Assembly (NCBI GenBank): GCA_963668175.1
Contig: OY764159.1
Location: 2,240,001-2,304,000, forward strand
Length of the DNA stretch: 64,000 nt
Origin: Syntrophales bacterium
GTDB taxonomy: Bacteria > Desulfobacterota > Syntrophia > Syntrophales > PHBD01
Reading direction: 5' to 3'
The position numbers and the translations under genes are program-made. The notes under the pieces were generated by a model that saw nothing but the letters and a program-made list of their open reading frames with translations, ran no database searches and had not been told where the DNA came from. Below are positions 47,414 through 57,109 of the stretch, one piece after another; the stretch's first letter is position 1, and every line of letters begins with the position of its first letter.

Positions 47414-49246
47414 ATGGATGAACGGACAGCACGGGGACACGCGAATGACGACCGTGTCGAAGGCATCGTCGAGGCCCTGATCACGGCGGCCCACAACGAG
47501 GAGGAACTGGAGCAGGCGAGGAAGATGTGCGCCGAACTCGCGCCGGACGATCCATCCGACCCCCATTTCTGCATCATGCGGGGGACCGTCGATTTTATCC
47601 TGGGACGGAGGGACGAGGCGGAAACCTGGCTGGAGAAGGCCGCGATGCTCGCGCCGCGGTCGCCTGCGATCTTCTACATCTATGCCGTCATGCTCCTGGC
47701 CCGGAAGAAGTTCACCGTCGCCCTGCTGCTCCTGATGCGGGTCGTGGCCCTGAAGCCCGATCATCCCCGCGCCTATGCCCATATCGGCAGCGCGCTCAGG
47801 GAAACGGGCCAGCTGCAGAGCGCCCTCATCGCCTTCGACGTGGCGCTAGAGATGAACCCCGGGGACGTCGGCGCCCTGAACGGCAAGGGCAACGTCCTGA
47901 AGCAGATGGACTGCCTGGCCGAGGCGGAATCCTGCTTCCGGGAGGCCCTGGCCGTCAAGCCGGGCCATACTGCGGTCATGAACAACCTCGCCGTCGTCCG
48001 CTCGCGTCAAAACGACTTCGACGGCGCCGAGGCGCTTTACGAGGAGGCCCTGGCGAAGCATCCGGCCTTCCCCGAGGCCCTGAGCAACCTGAGCGCCGTC
48101 CGGCGCTTCAAGGGCGATACCGACGGCGCGATTCTCTGCTGCCGCAAGGCCCTGGAACTGCGGCCCGATTTCCCGAGCGCCCTCAACAACCTCGGCAACG
48201 CCCTGAAAGACGCCGGACGCCTTGAAGAGGCCGTCGCAGCCTACCGGGACGCCCTGCGGATCGCGCCCGGCGACGCCAACGTCCGCAACAACCTGGCGAT
48301 GGCCCTGCTGGCCCTGGGGGAGTTTGGGGAGGGATGGCGGGAATACCGCTGGCGCTGGAAGTCGGACCATCTCAAGGCGTCCTTCCGGAATCTCTCCGAG
48401 CCCGAATGGCAGGGCGAGACGGGGGAGGGCGGGACGATCCTGATCCACGCCGAGCAGGGCTTCGGCGACACGATCCAGTTCTGCCGCTATGCTCCCCTGG
48501 TGAAGGAGCGAGGCTTCAAGGTCGTCATGCTGGTGCCGCAGCCGTTGAAACGTCTCGTCGCCTCATTGGACGGCGTCGATCTTGTCGCGTCCGGCCCCGG
48601 CGAAATCCCTTCTTTCGACGTTCAATGTCCGACGATGAACCTGCCCCTGGCGTTCGGGACGACCGTCGCCACGATACCGCCGAAAATACCGTATTTGAGC
48701 CCGGACGCGGCCGATGCGGCCCGCTGGCGCGAGCGCCTGAACGGCGTTGAGAATGGCAAACTGAAGGTCGGCCTGGCCTGGGCGGGAAGGTCGCGGGCCC
48801 AGTCGCCCGACCTGATCGCGACGGACCGGAAGCGTTCCATTGCCCCGGAGATGCTGGCGCCGCTCTTCGCCGTGCCGGGCGTGCAGTGCTTCTCCCTCCA
48901 GAAGGAGGGGCCGAACGCCCCGGAAACGTTTCCGCTTACGGACTGGATGGCGGACTGCCGCGACTTTGCCGACACGGCGGCGCTGATCGCGAATCTCGAT
49001 CTGGTGATCGCCGTCGATACGGCCGTCGTCCATCTGGCGGGGGCGCTGGGAAAGCCCGTGTGGCTCCTGAACCGGTTCAACAGCTGCTGGCGCTGGTTGA
49101 CAGATCTCGACGACAGCCCGTGGTATCCGGGTGTGCTCCGCATCTTCCGCCAACAAACCATGGGGGACTGGGAAGAGGTCATTGAACGCGTCCACGACGC
49201 CCTGGCGGGAGCTGCCGGGAACGGCGTGCATTCCGCCGCCTCGTAA
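47414..49246 (+). CDS. TPR-containing glycosyltransferase (GT9-like C-terminus)
   Basis: Multiple TPRs; AEQGFGDTIQFCRY, LDLVIAVDTAVVHLAGALG, SPWYP. Confidence 0.9.
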   Translation: MDERTARGHANDDRVEGIVEALITAAHNEEELEQARKMCAELAPDDPSDPHFCIMRGTVDFILGRRDEAETWLEKAAMLAPRSPAIFYIYAVMLLARKKFTVALLLLMRVVALKPDHPRAYAHIGSALRETGQLQSALIAFDVALEMNPGDVGALNGKGNVLKQMDCLAEAESCFREALAVKPGHTAVMNNLAVVRSRQNDFDGAEALYEEALAKHPAFPEALSNLSAVRRFKGDTDGAILCCRKALELRPDFPSALNNLGNALKDAGRLEEAVAAYRDALRIAPGDANVRNNLAMALLALGEFGEGWREYRWRWKSDHLKASFRNLSEPEWQGETGEGGTILIHAEQGFGDTIQFCRYAPLVKERGFKVVMLVPQPLKRLVASLDGVDLVASGPGEIPSFDVQCPTMNLPLAFGTTVATIPPKIPYLSPDAADAARWRERLNGVENGKLKVGLAWAGRSRAQSPDLIATDRKRSIAPEMLAPLFAVPGVQCFSLQKEGPNAPETFPLTDWMADCRDFADTAALIANLDLVIAVDTAVVHLAGALGKPVWLLNRFNSCWRWLTDLDDSPWYPGVLRIFRQQTMGDWEEVIERVHDALAGAAGNGVHSAAS

Positions 49247-49255
49247 TACCGGCTG

Positions 49256-49780
49256 CTACTTCACGGCCGGCGCCTCGGCGCGGAGGCGCTGCCGCCTGCG
49301 CACCCAGCGCAGGAACCGGACCCACGGCCCCCAGTGGGACCGCTTCACCTTCGCCCCCCGGAACCGGCTCTCCACCTGGTCGAAGGCGTCTTCGATGAGC
49401 GCGTTGTGCAGCGGCTTGACCAGGATCGTCCACCGGAGCCACATGCCGAAATCGCAGTCGCCTTCCAGGTCGTGGCGGATGACGACGTGGCCGCGCCGGG
49501 GCACGATCTCGAAAAAGTGGCGTCCGTCCACGCCGTCCATCATGCCCTCGGGATCGAAACGGAAAGAAGCCCGCCGCCCCGGAACGTACTCGCAAACGCG
49601 GTAGCGGACAAGGCTGTGACCTCCGGCCGCCCCCACCGAGAGCGGCCGGTCCAACTGCATCGGCGGCCAGGACGCCCGGGGCCACAGGGCGTCGTCGGGT
49701 CCGGAAAGGCTGTCGAGCACTGCGCCCGCAGCTTCCTGCGTTGCCGGAATGATCCTGTCGTGTCTGTTGAAAATTTTCAT
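49256..49780 (-). CDS. SRPBCC-like hypothetical protein
   Basis: D.LWP..WPPM, GGH..VRY.V.EY.PG, PLHNALIEDAFD. Confidence 0.7.
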   Translation of the reverse strand: MKIFNRHDRIIPATQEAAGAVLDSLSGPDDALWPRASWPPMQLDRPLSVGAAGGHSLVRYRVCEYVPGRRASFRFDPEGMMDGVDGRHFFEIVPRRGHVVIRHDLEGDCDFGMWLRWTILVKPLHNALIEDAFDQVESRFRGAKVKRSHWGPWVRFLRWVRRRQRLRAEAPAVK

Positions 49781-50332
49781 GTCGTCCTCCCCAAGATGGT
49801 GTTGCGGCTCTATGCGATACGGCCGCCGATGGCCCGTGGCTGCTTAGCCCTGCGAAGACAGTGCATCGTGACGGCCGCCGTCGTTTCGACTATGCTTCGT
49901 AAATCCATGAACGAAAGATGAAAACCCCGCTGTGTTGGGATTATAATAGAATGTACATTCTATTATGTCAAGGAATATTTCGAGGTCGCATCCCGCATAG
50001 AGGCGGGGCAGGGTACAGACCCGCTTTCCGGCGCATGATCGGCTTCACGGAATTTAACACTTGTTAACTTAAAGTCCCGAGTCGGACGGTATAAACGATT
50101 TCCTGGAAAAGGAGGCAAAACCGCGGCCTGCCGCCTGCCGGGAAAACGCCCTGAAGACGGGCGATGCCGGCATTTGCGGGCGCCGCCTTGAGGCAGGTTG
50201 CCGGCGTCGCTTATGAGGTTTCAAGCGTCGGGCCGGTCATGCGGACCCCCGACGTAAACGCGGGGTCTGCCGTCGGGGCGGGAATAGGAACCCGCTTGCC
50301 CGGCAGCCGAGCTGTTCACGAATTACCAGCGT

Positions 50333-52390
50333 ATGAAGATATCGGACGTCATCAGGGCCAAGGCGAAGATCGCAGTCTGCATCGCCCTTGTTCTCGCCAC
50401 GGCCGCCGTCTACTGGCCGGTGAAGGACCACGACTTCGTCCTCCTCGACGACGACGCCTACATCATGAGCAATCCTAATTTCAGGAAGGGGTTCTCGCCT
50501 GGCCATGTTGCCTGCATCCTCACCTATTGCGCACCGGCGGAAGAGGCGAACCCCTGGCATCCCCTGACGACGTTCTCGCTCATGCTGGACCACAGGCTCT
50601 ACGGCCTTCGTCCGGCAGGGTATCACGTTACGAACGTCGTCCTGCATATCGCAAATGCGCTCTTCCTCTTCCTTATTGTCGCACGCATGACGCACGCCGT
50701 CTGGAGAAGCGCCTTTGTCGCGGCCCTTTTTGCGCTCCATCCCCTTCATGTCGAATCGGTCGCCTGGGCCGCGGAGCGCAAGGACGTCCTCAGCACCCTC
50801 TTCGGGATGCTGGCGATCGGGGCTTACGTCCTTTACGCGGAACGCCCGAAGGTCAGCCGCTACGTGGCCGTCTGCCTGTTCTTCGCCCTCAGCCTCATGG
50901 CGAAGACAATGCTCGTTACCTTGCCTTTTGTCCTTCTTCTCTTCGACTTCTGGCCCTTGAAAAGGCTGCGAACCGGTGTGTACGCGGGCGGAGAGGATGT
51001 GGCATCGTCGGCGCGGGCGCAGCCGGTCGGGAAAAGAGAAGCGAGGCAAAAGGGAGGCAAGCCCTTCATATCGGGTGAGGAAGCAGAGCCGCAAGGCGGT
51101 CTGTCTCTTTGGTTTCCGGTCCGGGAGAAAGTTCCGCTCTTTGCCTTGTCGGCGGCCGCAGCCGCCATGAATCTCTATTCGCAGGCGCAACTCGGGGCCG
51201 TCGATACGGCGACACCCCTTTTCACGCGCATCGGAAACGCCGTCGTCTCTTACACGGCCTATATCGTGAAAATGCTCCGGCCGGTTGACCTGGCGGTCCT
51301 GTATCCCTACCCGGAAACGATTTCCTTGTGGAAATTCGCGGCCGCCCTCGCGTTCCTTGCGCTCGTCACCGTTTTTGCCCTCCGCCTCGCCCGCCGCCTG
51401 CCGTGGCTCTTCGTCGGCTGGTCCATATACCTGGGGACGCTCGTGCCCGTCATCGGCATCGTCCAGGCCGGGCGTCAGGCCATGGCCGACCGTTACACGT
51501 ATTTCCCCCTTATCGGTCTCTTCATCATCGCCGCCTGGGGCGCGGCCCTTCTGGCGCGAAATCTGCGTTATCGTGCGGTCCTGCCGGCCGCCGCAGGGAC
51601 TTCTCTTGTGCTTCTTTCCGTCGCAGCCGGGCATCAGGTCGCCCTGTGGAAAGACGGTATTTCCCTCTTCGAACATACGCTCGCCGTCACGTCCGGAAAC
51701 GGCGTCATCCACCGTTCACTCGCCGATACGCTGAGCAGGGCCGGGCGGCTCGACGAGGCGGTCGCCCATTACCGGGAAGCGGCGAGGCTGACGCCCGGGG
51801 ATTCGGAGATGTGGAACAACCTGGGCCACGCGCTCCGCAGGCAGGGGAAGGACGGCGAGGCGTTCGCATGTTTCCTGAAGGCGGTGCGGGCGAATCCGGA
51901 CAACGTCAAGGCGCTGGGCAACGCGGGTTCCATGCTGGCGTCGCGGGGCAGGGTAGGGGAGGCCGCGCCGTATTTCGAAAAGGCGCTCCGGATCAGGCCG
52001 GACGACCTCGAATCCGGCATCGGCCGGGCGGAGGTCCTCCAGGCGACGGGGCGCCGCGACGAGGCGCTCGCCCTTTACGAACGGATGCTCCTTGTCCACG
52101 GCGATTCGGCGGAGGTGAACTACAATGCGGGCACGCTTCTCGCGTCGTACGGAAGGATCGACGAAGCGCTTGACTGCTTCCGGAAGGCCGTGACGCTGAA
52201 GCCGGGGTACGCCAAGGCGCACAACAATCTCGGCAGCGCCCTGATGCTGAAGGGGAGAACGGACGAGGCCGCCGTTCATTTGCGGGCGGCCGTGCAGTTG
52301 GACCCGGCCTTCGAAACGGCGAAGGCCAATCTCGCGGAGGCCCTGCGCATCGCGAAGGAAAGAGAGATGGTTGCGTCCCCCGGCCGTTGA
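50333..52390 (+). CDS. TMTC-like (GT-C) membrane glycosyltransferase with C-terminal TPRs
   Basis: FVLLDD, WHPLT, FALHPLHVESVAW..ERKD, ADRYTY; TPR tail. Confidence 0.88.
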   Translation: MKISDVIRAKAKIAVCIALVLATAAVYWPVKDHDFVLLDDDAYIMSNPNFRKGFSPGHVACILTYCAPAEEANPWHPLTTFSLMLDHRLYGLRPAGYHVTNVVLHIANALFLFLIVARMTHAVWRSAFVAALFALHPLHVESVAWAAERKDVLSTLFGMLAIGAYVLYAERPKVSRYVAVCLFFALSLMAKTMLVTLPFVLLLFDFWPLKRLRTGVYAGGEDVASSARAQPVGKREARQKGGKPFISGEEAEPQGGLSLWFPVREKVPLFALSAAAAAMNLYSQAQLGAVDTATPLFTRIGNAVVSYTAYIVKMLRPVDLAVLYPYPETISLWKFAAALAFLALVTVFALRLARRLPWLFVGWSIYLGTLVPVIGIVQAGRQAMADRYTYFPLIGLFIIAAWGAALLARNLRYRAVLPAAAGTSLVLLSVAAGHQVALWKDGISLFEHTLAVTSGNGVIHRSLADTLSRAGRLDEAVAHYREAARLTPGDSEMWNNLGHALRRQGKDGEAFACFLKAVRANPDNVKALGNAGSMLASRGRVGEAAPYFEKALRIRPDDLESGIGRAEVLQATGRRDEALALYERMLLVHGDSAEVNYNAGTLLASYGRIDEALDCFRKAVTLKPGYAKAHNNLGSALMLKGRTDEAAVHLRAAVQLDPAFETAKANLAEALRIAKEREMVASPGR

Positions 52391-52494
52391 CGGGCCCTGG
52401 CGCGGTTTTACGCCGGCCTTTTTACAAGCCGCGTTTTCCGGAACAATGGTGCGTTTTTTTCAGGATAGGCCGACGGGTGTGCCGGTACGCGCGT

Positions 52495-52929
52495 CTACTG
52501 CCTGCACTGGCCGAAGGAGCCCGCGGCGCAGGTGGTTCCGTCCGTCCAGGTTGCCCCGTAGAGATTGGCGCCGGCGAGGTTCGCTCCCGCCATGTTGGCG
52601 CCGGTCAGGTTTGCCCCGGACATCTGGGCGTAGCTCAGGTCCGCGCCGCTGAAATCGGTATTCGTCAGATTGGCGTTGGTCAGGTTGGCCCATTTCAGGG
52701 AGGCGTTGCCGAGGTCCGCCCCGCTCAGGTTCGCCCCTCTCAGGTTCGCGCTCGGCAGGACGAGCCTGCGGAGGTTCGCATTGGAGAGATCGCATCCCGC
52801 GCAGGCGAAAGTGCCCTTCAGCTTCTTGACGTCATCCGGATTGCTTGCCTGCGTCCCGCCGGGAAATATTACTGCCAGCGTGAAAAACAGAACTGCAGCG
52901 CATCGAATCGTTTTCTTCAGGGATTGCAT
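52495..52929 (-). CDS. Exported pentapeptide-repeat protein
   Basis: Signal peptide; A(D/N)LxG repeats; C..C and ATWTDG..C..GS.G.C. Confidence 0.9.
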   Translation of the reverse strand: MQSLKKTIRCAAVLFFTLAVIFPGGTQASNPDDVKKLKGTFACAGCDLSNANLRRLVLPSANLRGANLSGADLGNASLKWANLTNANLTNTDFSGADLSYAQMSGANLTGANMAGANLAGANLYGATWTDGTTCAAGSFGQCRQ

Positions 52930-53028
52930 CGGGCCTCCTTGCGGGCATGATGTCGCCCCGCCGGAAAGAATCGTTATCACAGAGCGCCGGACATGCCAAG
53001 CGGTAATTGCACCCGTGCGCCCTTCGAT

Positions 53029-53448
53029 TCAGAGTGCGAAGAGAAGAACGATGAGGGCCGCCGCCCCGACGGTTTCCAGGGCGGTCGGCACTTTCTCCAC
53101 CGTGACGTTGTATCCCCTTTCCGCGAACCTGGCGCAGATCCTGTCCAGTTCGCCGGGCTGCAGCTTTTCCAGGACCTCCCCCAGGGCGACGCGGTTGGTC
53201 TCGACGCAGGCGTAGTTGAGGATGTCTTTTCTGTGGCCGTCCGGCAACCCTTCGGTGGCGTATTCAAGGTCCTTGCAGGTACTTTCCTTCAGGACCACCC
53301 AGTCTTTCATTTCCGGATCGGTTCCCATCCGGTACTCAACGAGAGGCCTGGCATCGGTTTTCGCGTCTTTCTTGGATACGGTTATGCCGGGAAGACAACC
53401 TGCGATGAACAAAACGGCCGCGGCGAGCAACACTTTCCTGAAAACCAT
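53029..53448 (-). CDS. Hypothetical lipoprotein with C-terminal hydrophobic tail
   Basis: Lipobox IAGC; C-terminal TM segment. Confidence 0.6.
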   Translation of the reverse strand: MVFRKVLLAAAVLFIAGCLPGITVSKKDAKTDARPLVEYRMGTDPEMKDWVVLKESTCKDLEYATEGLPDGHRKDILNYACVETNRVALGEVLEKLQPGELDRICARFAERGYNVTVEKVPTALETVGAAALIVLLFAL

Positions 53449-53552
53449 CGCCTTCTTCCTTTCTGCCGGTTGCGGCGTCCAAAAGACCAAATTCCCCGCG
53501 GCTGTCGGCCGGGGCTCCGGACTGTATTATTGAACCTGGAACTGCCGTCCCG

Positions 53553-54101
53553 TTAAGCGGGGCGGCACTTGAAGTACCTCGGATGCTCTTCGACAACGGC
53601 CCATGCACCCGAGGCGCCGATCTTGGCCCTGGCCTGGTCGCGGCCCTGGTGGCCGCTGTCGATGAAAAGGACGCCGTCCTTCTTCGATATCCGCCGCAGC
53701 TCTTTCAGAAATTCCGAAGGGTCCGCCACCATGTGGAACATGTCGAGGGCATAGACGATATCGGCGCTGCCGTCTTCCAGCGGACAGCCTTCTCTTGCGG
53801 CCAGGAGGGCGGAGACATTGGTCAGATTCTCTCCGGCGATACGCTCCCTGACGGCCTCGACCGCCAGCTCGTGAATATCGACGGCGCAGACTCTGCCGTC
53901 AGCGCCCGCAAGTCCCGATGCTTTGCGGATGTACGATCCCGGCCCGCAGCCGTAGTCGACGACGGTCATGCCCGGACGGATGCCGAATTCGTCGAGAATC
54001 GCATCCTTCCGGACGAACCTGTCCCGGATCCTGAACGACAGAGCCATCGTCCGGAAGGCCCAATCGGGCATCCTGTCCCTGCCGCAGCCGAAGATGCTCA
54101 T
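53553..54101 (-). CDS. Class I SAM-dependent methyltransferase
   Basis: VVDYGCGPG, AVDIH. Confidence 0.88.
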   Translation of the reverse strand: MSIFGCGRDRMPDWAFRTMALSFRIRDRFVRKDAILDEFGIRPGMTVVDYGCGPGSYIRKASGLAGADGRVCAVDIHELAVEAVRERIAGENLTNVSALLAAREGCPLEDGSADIVYALDMFHMVADPSEFLKELRRISKKDGVLFIDSGHQGRDQARAKIGASGAWAVVEEHPRYFKCRPA

Positions 54102-54206
54102 GTCGAAAAGCCGGTCCTTTCTTTCAATATACTGTACGATGACGTCATGTCTCGATGCGGCAATGGTTCAGGGCAAATGTGCGATTCCGGCGCACGGGCG
54201 GACCGT

Positions 54207-55634
54207 TTATAAAAAAATCTTGCCCGGATTGAGGATGTTCAGGGGATCGAAGGCCTCCTTGATGCGCTTGTGGAGCGCGATCAGCTCCGGTCCCATGACG
54301 ATGGGCATGTAGGGCGCCCGCTTGGAGCCGATGCCGTGCTCGCCGCTGATCGTCCCGCCGAGGCGGAAGACGATTCCGTAAAGCTCCGCCAGCAGGCGCG
54401 GGAGGTTCTCTTTCCAGACCTCCTTCGCCGTTTCCGGCTTCTTGAGGGGCGTGGCGTGAAGGTTGCCGTCCCCGGCGTGGCCGTAGCAGGGAATGAGGAC
54501 GTCGTATGCATCCGCCAGGCGCTCCAGCTCACGGACGAGGTCGGGGATGCGCGCCGTGGGGACCACGATGTCCTCGATGCTCTGGACGGGGTTGAGAACC
54601 TTGAACGCCTCGGCAAGCGAGATGCGGGGGCGCCACATCTTGCGCTCCGTGGCGGGCGTGTTGCCGACGTAAACGTCAAGGGCGGAGGCTTCGAGGAAAA
54701 GCTCCCCGATCTGCTGGCATTCCTCGTCCACCTTGTCCCGGCTCGATCCGTCGATCTCGATGAGAAGCATCGCGCCGATGTCGGGACGCGGCGGCTCTTC
54801 GTTCATGTACCGGTATACGCCCTCGACCGACAGCCTGTCCATGAACTCGATGGCGGAAGGAAGGATGCCCGCCTTCGCGATAACCTGCGGGAAGGCCGCG
54901 ACGGCCTCGGCGGCGCTTCCGAAGGGGATCAGGAGGACCGCTGTGGCTGCGGGCTGGGGGAGGAGGCGGAGGATGATTTTCGTGAAAATGCCGAGCGTTC
55001 CCTCCGAGCCGACCATGAGGTGGATCAGGTCGTAGCCCGTGACGTCCTTGACCCTTTTGCCGCCCATTTCCACGATCTCGCCCGTCGGCAGGACAGCCTC
55101 GACGCCGAGGACGTAGTGACCGGTGACGCCGTACTTCACGGCGCGCCCGCCGCCGGCGTTCTCCGCCAGGTTCCCCCCGATGAAGCACGACTCGAAGCTC
55201 ATGGGGTAGCCCGCGTAGAAGAGGCCGAATTCCCGGACGGCCTTGCCGATCTCGCTCGTCACGACGCCGGGCTCCACGACGGCGACCATGTTCTCCCGGT
55301 CGATCTCCAGGATGCGGTTCATGCGTTCGAGCGACAGGACAATGCCGCCGAAGGAAGGCACGGCGCCGCAGGAGAGCCCCGTCCCGCCGCCCCGGGGGGT
55401 GACGGGCACCCGGCGGCGGTTCGCAAGCTTCATGATCGCGGAGATTTCGGCGGTACTCGCCGGCTTGACGACGGCCTCCGGGAGACGGGCGTATTCGGCG
55501 CCCGCAACCTCGTCGTGCCCGTAGTTCTCAAGAAGTTCCGGATTGCCGAAGACGACGTTCTTCTCCCCGGCGATGGCAGCAAGTTCGTCCGCGACGGCCT
55601 GCGTCACGGGCGCATAGGTCGTATTCTCGTTCAT
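54207..55634 (-). CDS. FAD-linked oxidase, GlcD / D-lactate dehydrogenase family
   Basis: PRGGGTG, ENAGG, GSEGTLG, GHAGDGNLH, GEHGIG, LNPGKI. Confidence 0.93.
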   Translation of the reverse strand: MNENTTYAPVTQAVADELAAIAGEKNVVFGNPELLENYGHDEVAGAEYARLPEAVVKPASTAEISAIMKLANRRRVPVTPRGGGTGLSCGAVPSFGGIVLSLERMNRILEIDRENMVAVVEPGVVTSEIGKAVREFGLFYAGYPMSFESCFIGGNLAENAGGGRAVKYGVTGHYVLGVEAVLPTGEIVEMGGKRVKDVTGYDLIHLMVGSEGTLGIFTKIILRLLPQPAATAVLLIPFGSAAEAVAAFPQVIAKAGILPSAIEFMDRLSVEGVYRYMNEEPPRPDIGAMLLIEIDGSSRDKVDEECQQIGELFLEASALDVYVGNTPATERKMWRPRISLAEAFKVLNPVQSIEDIVVPTARIPDLVRELERLADAYDVLIPCYGHAGDGNLHATPLKKPETAKEVWKENLPRLLAELYGIVFRLGGTISGEHGIGSKRAPYMPIVMGPELIALHKRIKEAFDPLNILNPGKIFL

Positions 55635-55965
55635 GGCTCCCCCCGTCGCTTGTTGCATGGAATCCGAGCGAAGGCGCATTTTCCGTCCGCGCCGTCGGCC
55701 TCAAGGCCTGCCTGCCGCTTCACCTGACGATGAACTTGTCATTCTAATCTGACACGTTTATCCGTTTTCGGCAACCGGAGAATGTAAATGGTCCGTTAAG
55801 AAAGTTTAAGAATGGTTAATTGCCCCTCTTTAAGACTGCGGCGGGTGCGGTATTCCGGAAAAACGCCTGCGGGTGTCGCCACTCTTTACAGAAAACGTCC
55901 GCACGAAAACGCGACGTCAAATTCCGCTATTATCGCGTGACGCGGGCTCCGGGAGTTACACGAGG

Positions 55966-55982
55966 CGTAAAATATCTTTACA
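55966..55982. promoter_or_regulatory. Putative enhancer-binding-protein site (second copy)
   Basis: CGTAAAATATCTTTACA upstream of a PEP-CTERM gene; matches 6716-6732. Confidence 0.5.
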
Positions 55983-56115
55983 TCCGCCGCCGTCGCGCGC
56001 TGCCCGTTATTCCTGTTTTTGCCGTCATATTCGCCGGTTGAGCGCATCGTACGGAAGTCGCAGAAGCTTCCCGTCGCAGGAAGTACGATGATACTACAGC
56101 TAAAGGAGGTATGTG

Positions 56116-56850
56116 ATGTTCAGGATGCGTTATTTACGGGTTTGGGGAGCGGCGGCATGCATCGCCGCAACGGTAATGTTCTTCCTGGTCGCAGCGACGG
56201 CCGTCCAGGCGGCAAGCTGGAATCTTGCCGACGACTACAGTACGGCGAACACGGCGGGCAGCGCATGGACGTTCGGCTGGGAGTCTTCCGTCGGGGGTAC
56301 GTTTACGCAGTACGATTATTCCTACACAAACGGCAACAACTCGCTGCAATGGGTCGACAGCAGCATTTCTTCCGAATACAGCATTCCCACCATCTGGAAG
56401 AATACGAGTATCGGCGGCAGCACCATCGACGGCGTCGCATACGGCCAGGTGTCCCTGCATCCGGGAGAAAGCGGGCAGTTCTCGGTCGTGAAGTGGACGG
56501 CAATCTCCGCCGGCACCTATACGGTATCCTACTCGTTCGGCGAGGGAGACGGCGGCTGGATGAGTTATTATATCGTCGTCGATGGCGTTGTTTATCAATA
56601 TTGGGTGGACGACTCGTCGACCGAATCGGGCACGATGACGCTTACCCTTGCCGCCGGCGGCACGATCGAATTCATCGTCGGCGCCAATATCAATGACGGT
56701 TATTATTTTCTCTACGGCAACACGCCCCTCACCGTGACGGTTACCGGCTCCGATACCAATGCGGATGCCGTTCCGGAACCGTCCGCCATGCTGCTGCTTG
56801 GTTTCGGTCTGGCAAGCCTTGGGGCGGCGCGGAAGATATTCCGCAAATAA
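56116..56850 (+). CDS. PEP-CTERM sorting-domain protein
   Basis: Signal peptide; C-terminal VPEPSAMLLLGFGLASLGAARK. Confidence 0.9.
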   Translation: MFRMRYLRVWGAAACIAATVMFFLVAATAVQAASWNLADDYSTANTAGSAWTFGWESSVGGTFTQYDYSYTNGNNSLQWVDSSISSEYSIPTIWKNTSIGGSTIDGVAYGQVSLHPGESGQFSVVKWTAISAGTYTVSYSFGEGDGGWMSYYIVVDGVVYQYWVDDSSTESGTMTLTLAAGGTIEFIVGANINDGYYFLYGNTPLTVTVTGSDTNADAVPEPSAMLLLGFGLASLGAARKIFRK

Positions 56851-56875
56851 TATCCGATCGCATTTATGAACGCAG

Positions 56876-56911
56876 GAAGGCGGGACCCGCGAAGGGCTCC
56901 GCTTTTTTTTT
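56876..56911 (+). terminator. Intrinsic terminator
   Basis: GCGGGACCC-GCGAA-GGGCTCCGC followed by a long T-run. Confidence 0.75.
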
Positions 56912-57109
56912 GGGAAGCCGGCGGAGACCGCCGCGCCTGCCTTTCCCTGCCTCCGGGCGGAGCGGGCGGATGCCGGTCCGAATCCCAGCTCTTTTTATTC
57001 GACGACTGCGGCGGCATGTTCATGCAGGTCGTCCGCGCCGAAAATCCGCATTGCCACGGGGCGGGAAAACCGCTATGCTTACGCATGCCGCGGAGAAACG
57101 GCTTGCAGG

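Noticed and set aside
52495..52929. Pentapeptide protein as a Qnr-type quinolone-resistance gene
   Set aside because: It is short, has a signal peptide and Cys-capped ends, so it fits the exported pentapeptide class rather than cytoplasmic Qnr.
56040..56095. Hairpin CATCGTAC..GTACGATG in the PEP-CTERM leader as a riboswitch
   Set aside because: It lacks the conserved motifs of riboswitch classes I can recognise, such as c-di-GMP-I.
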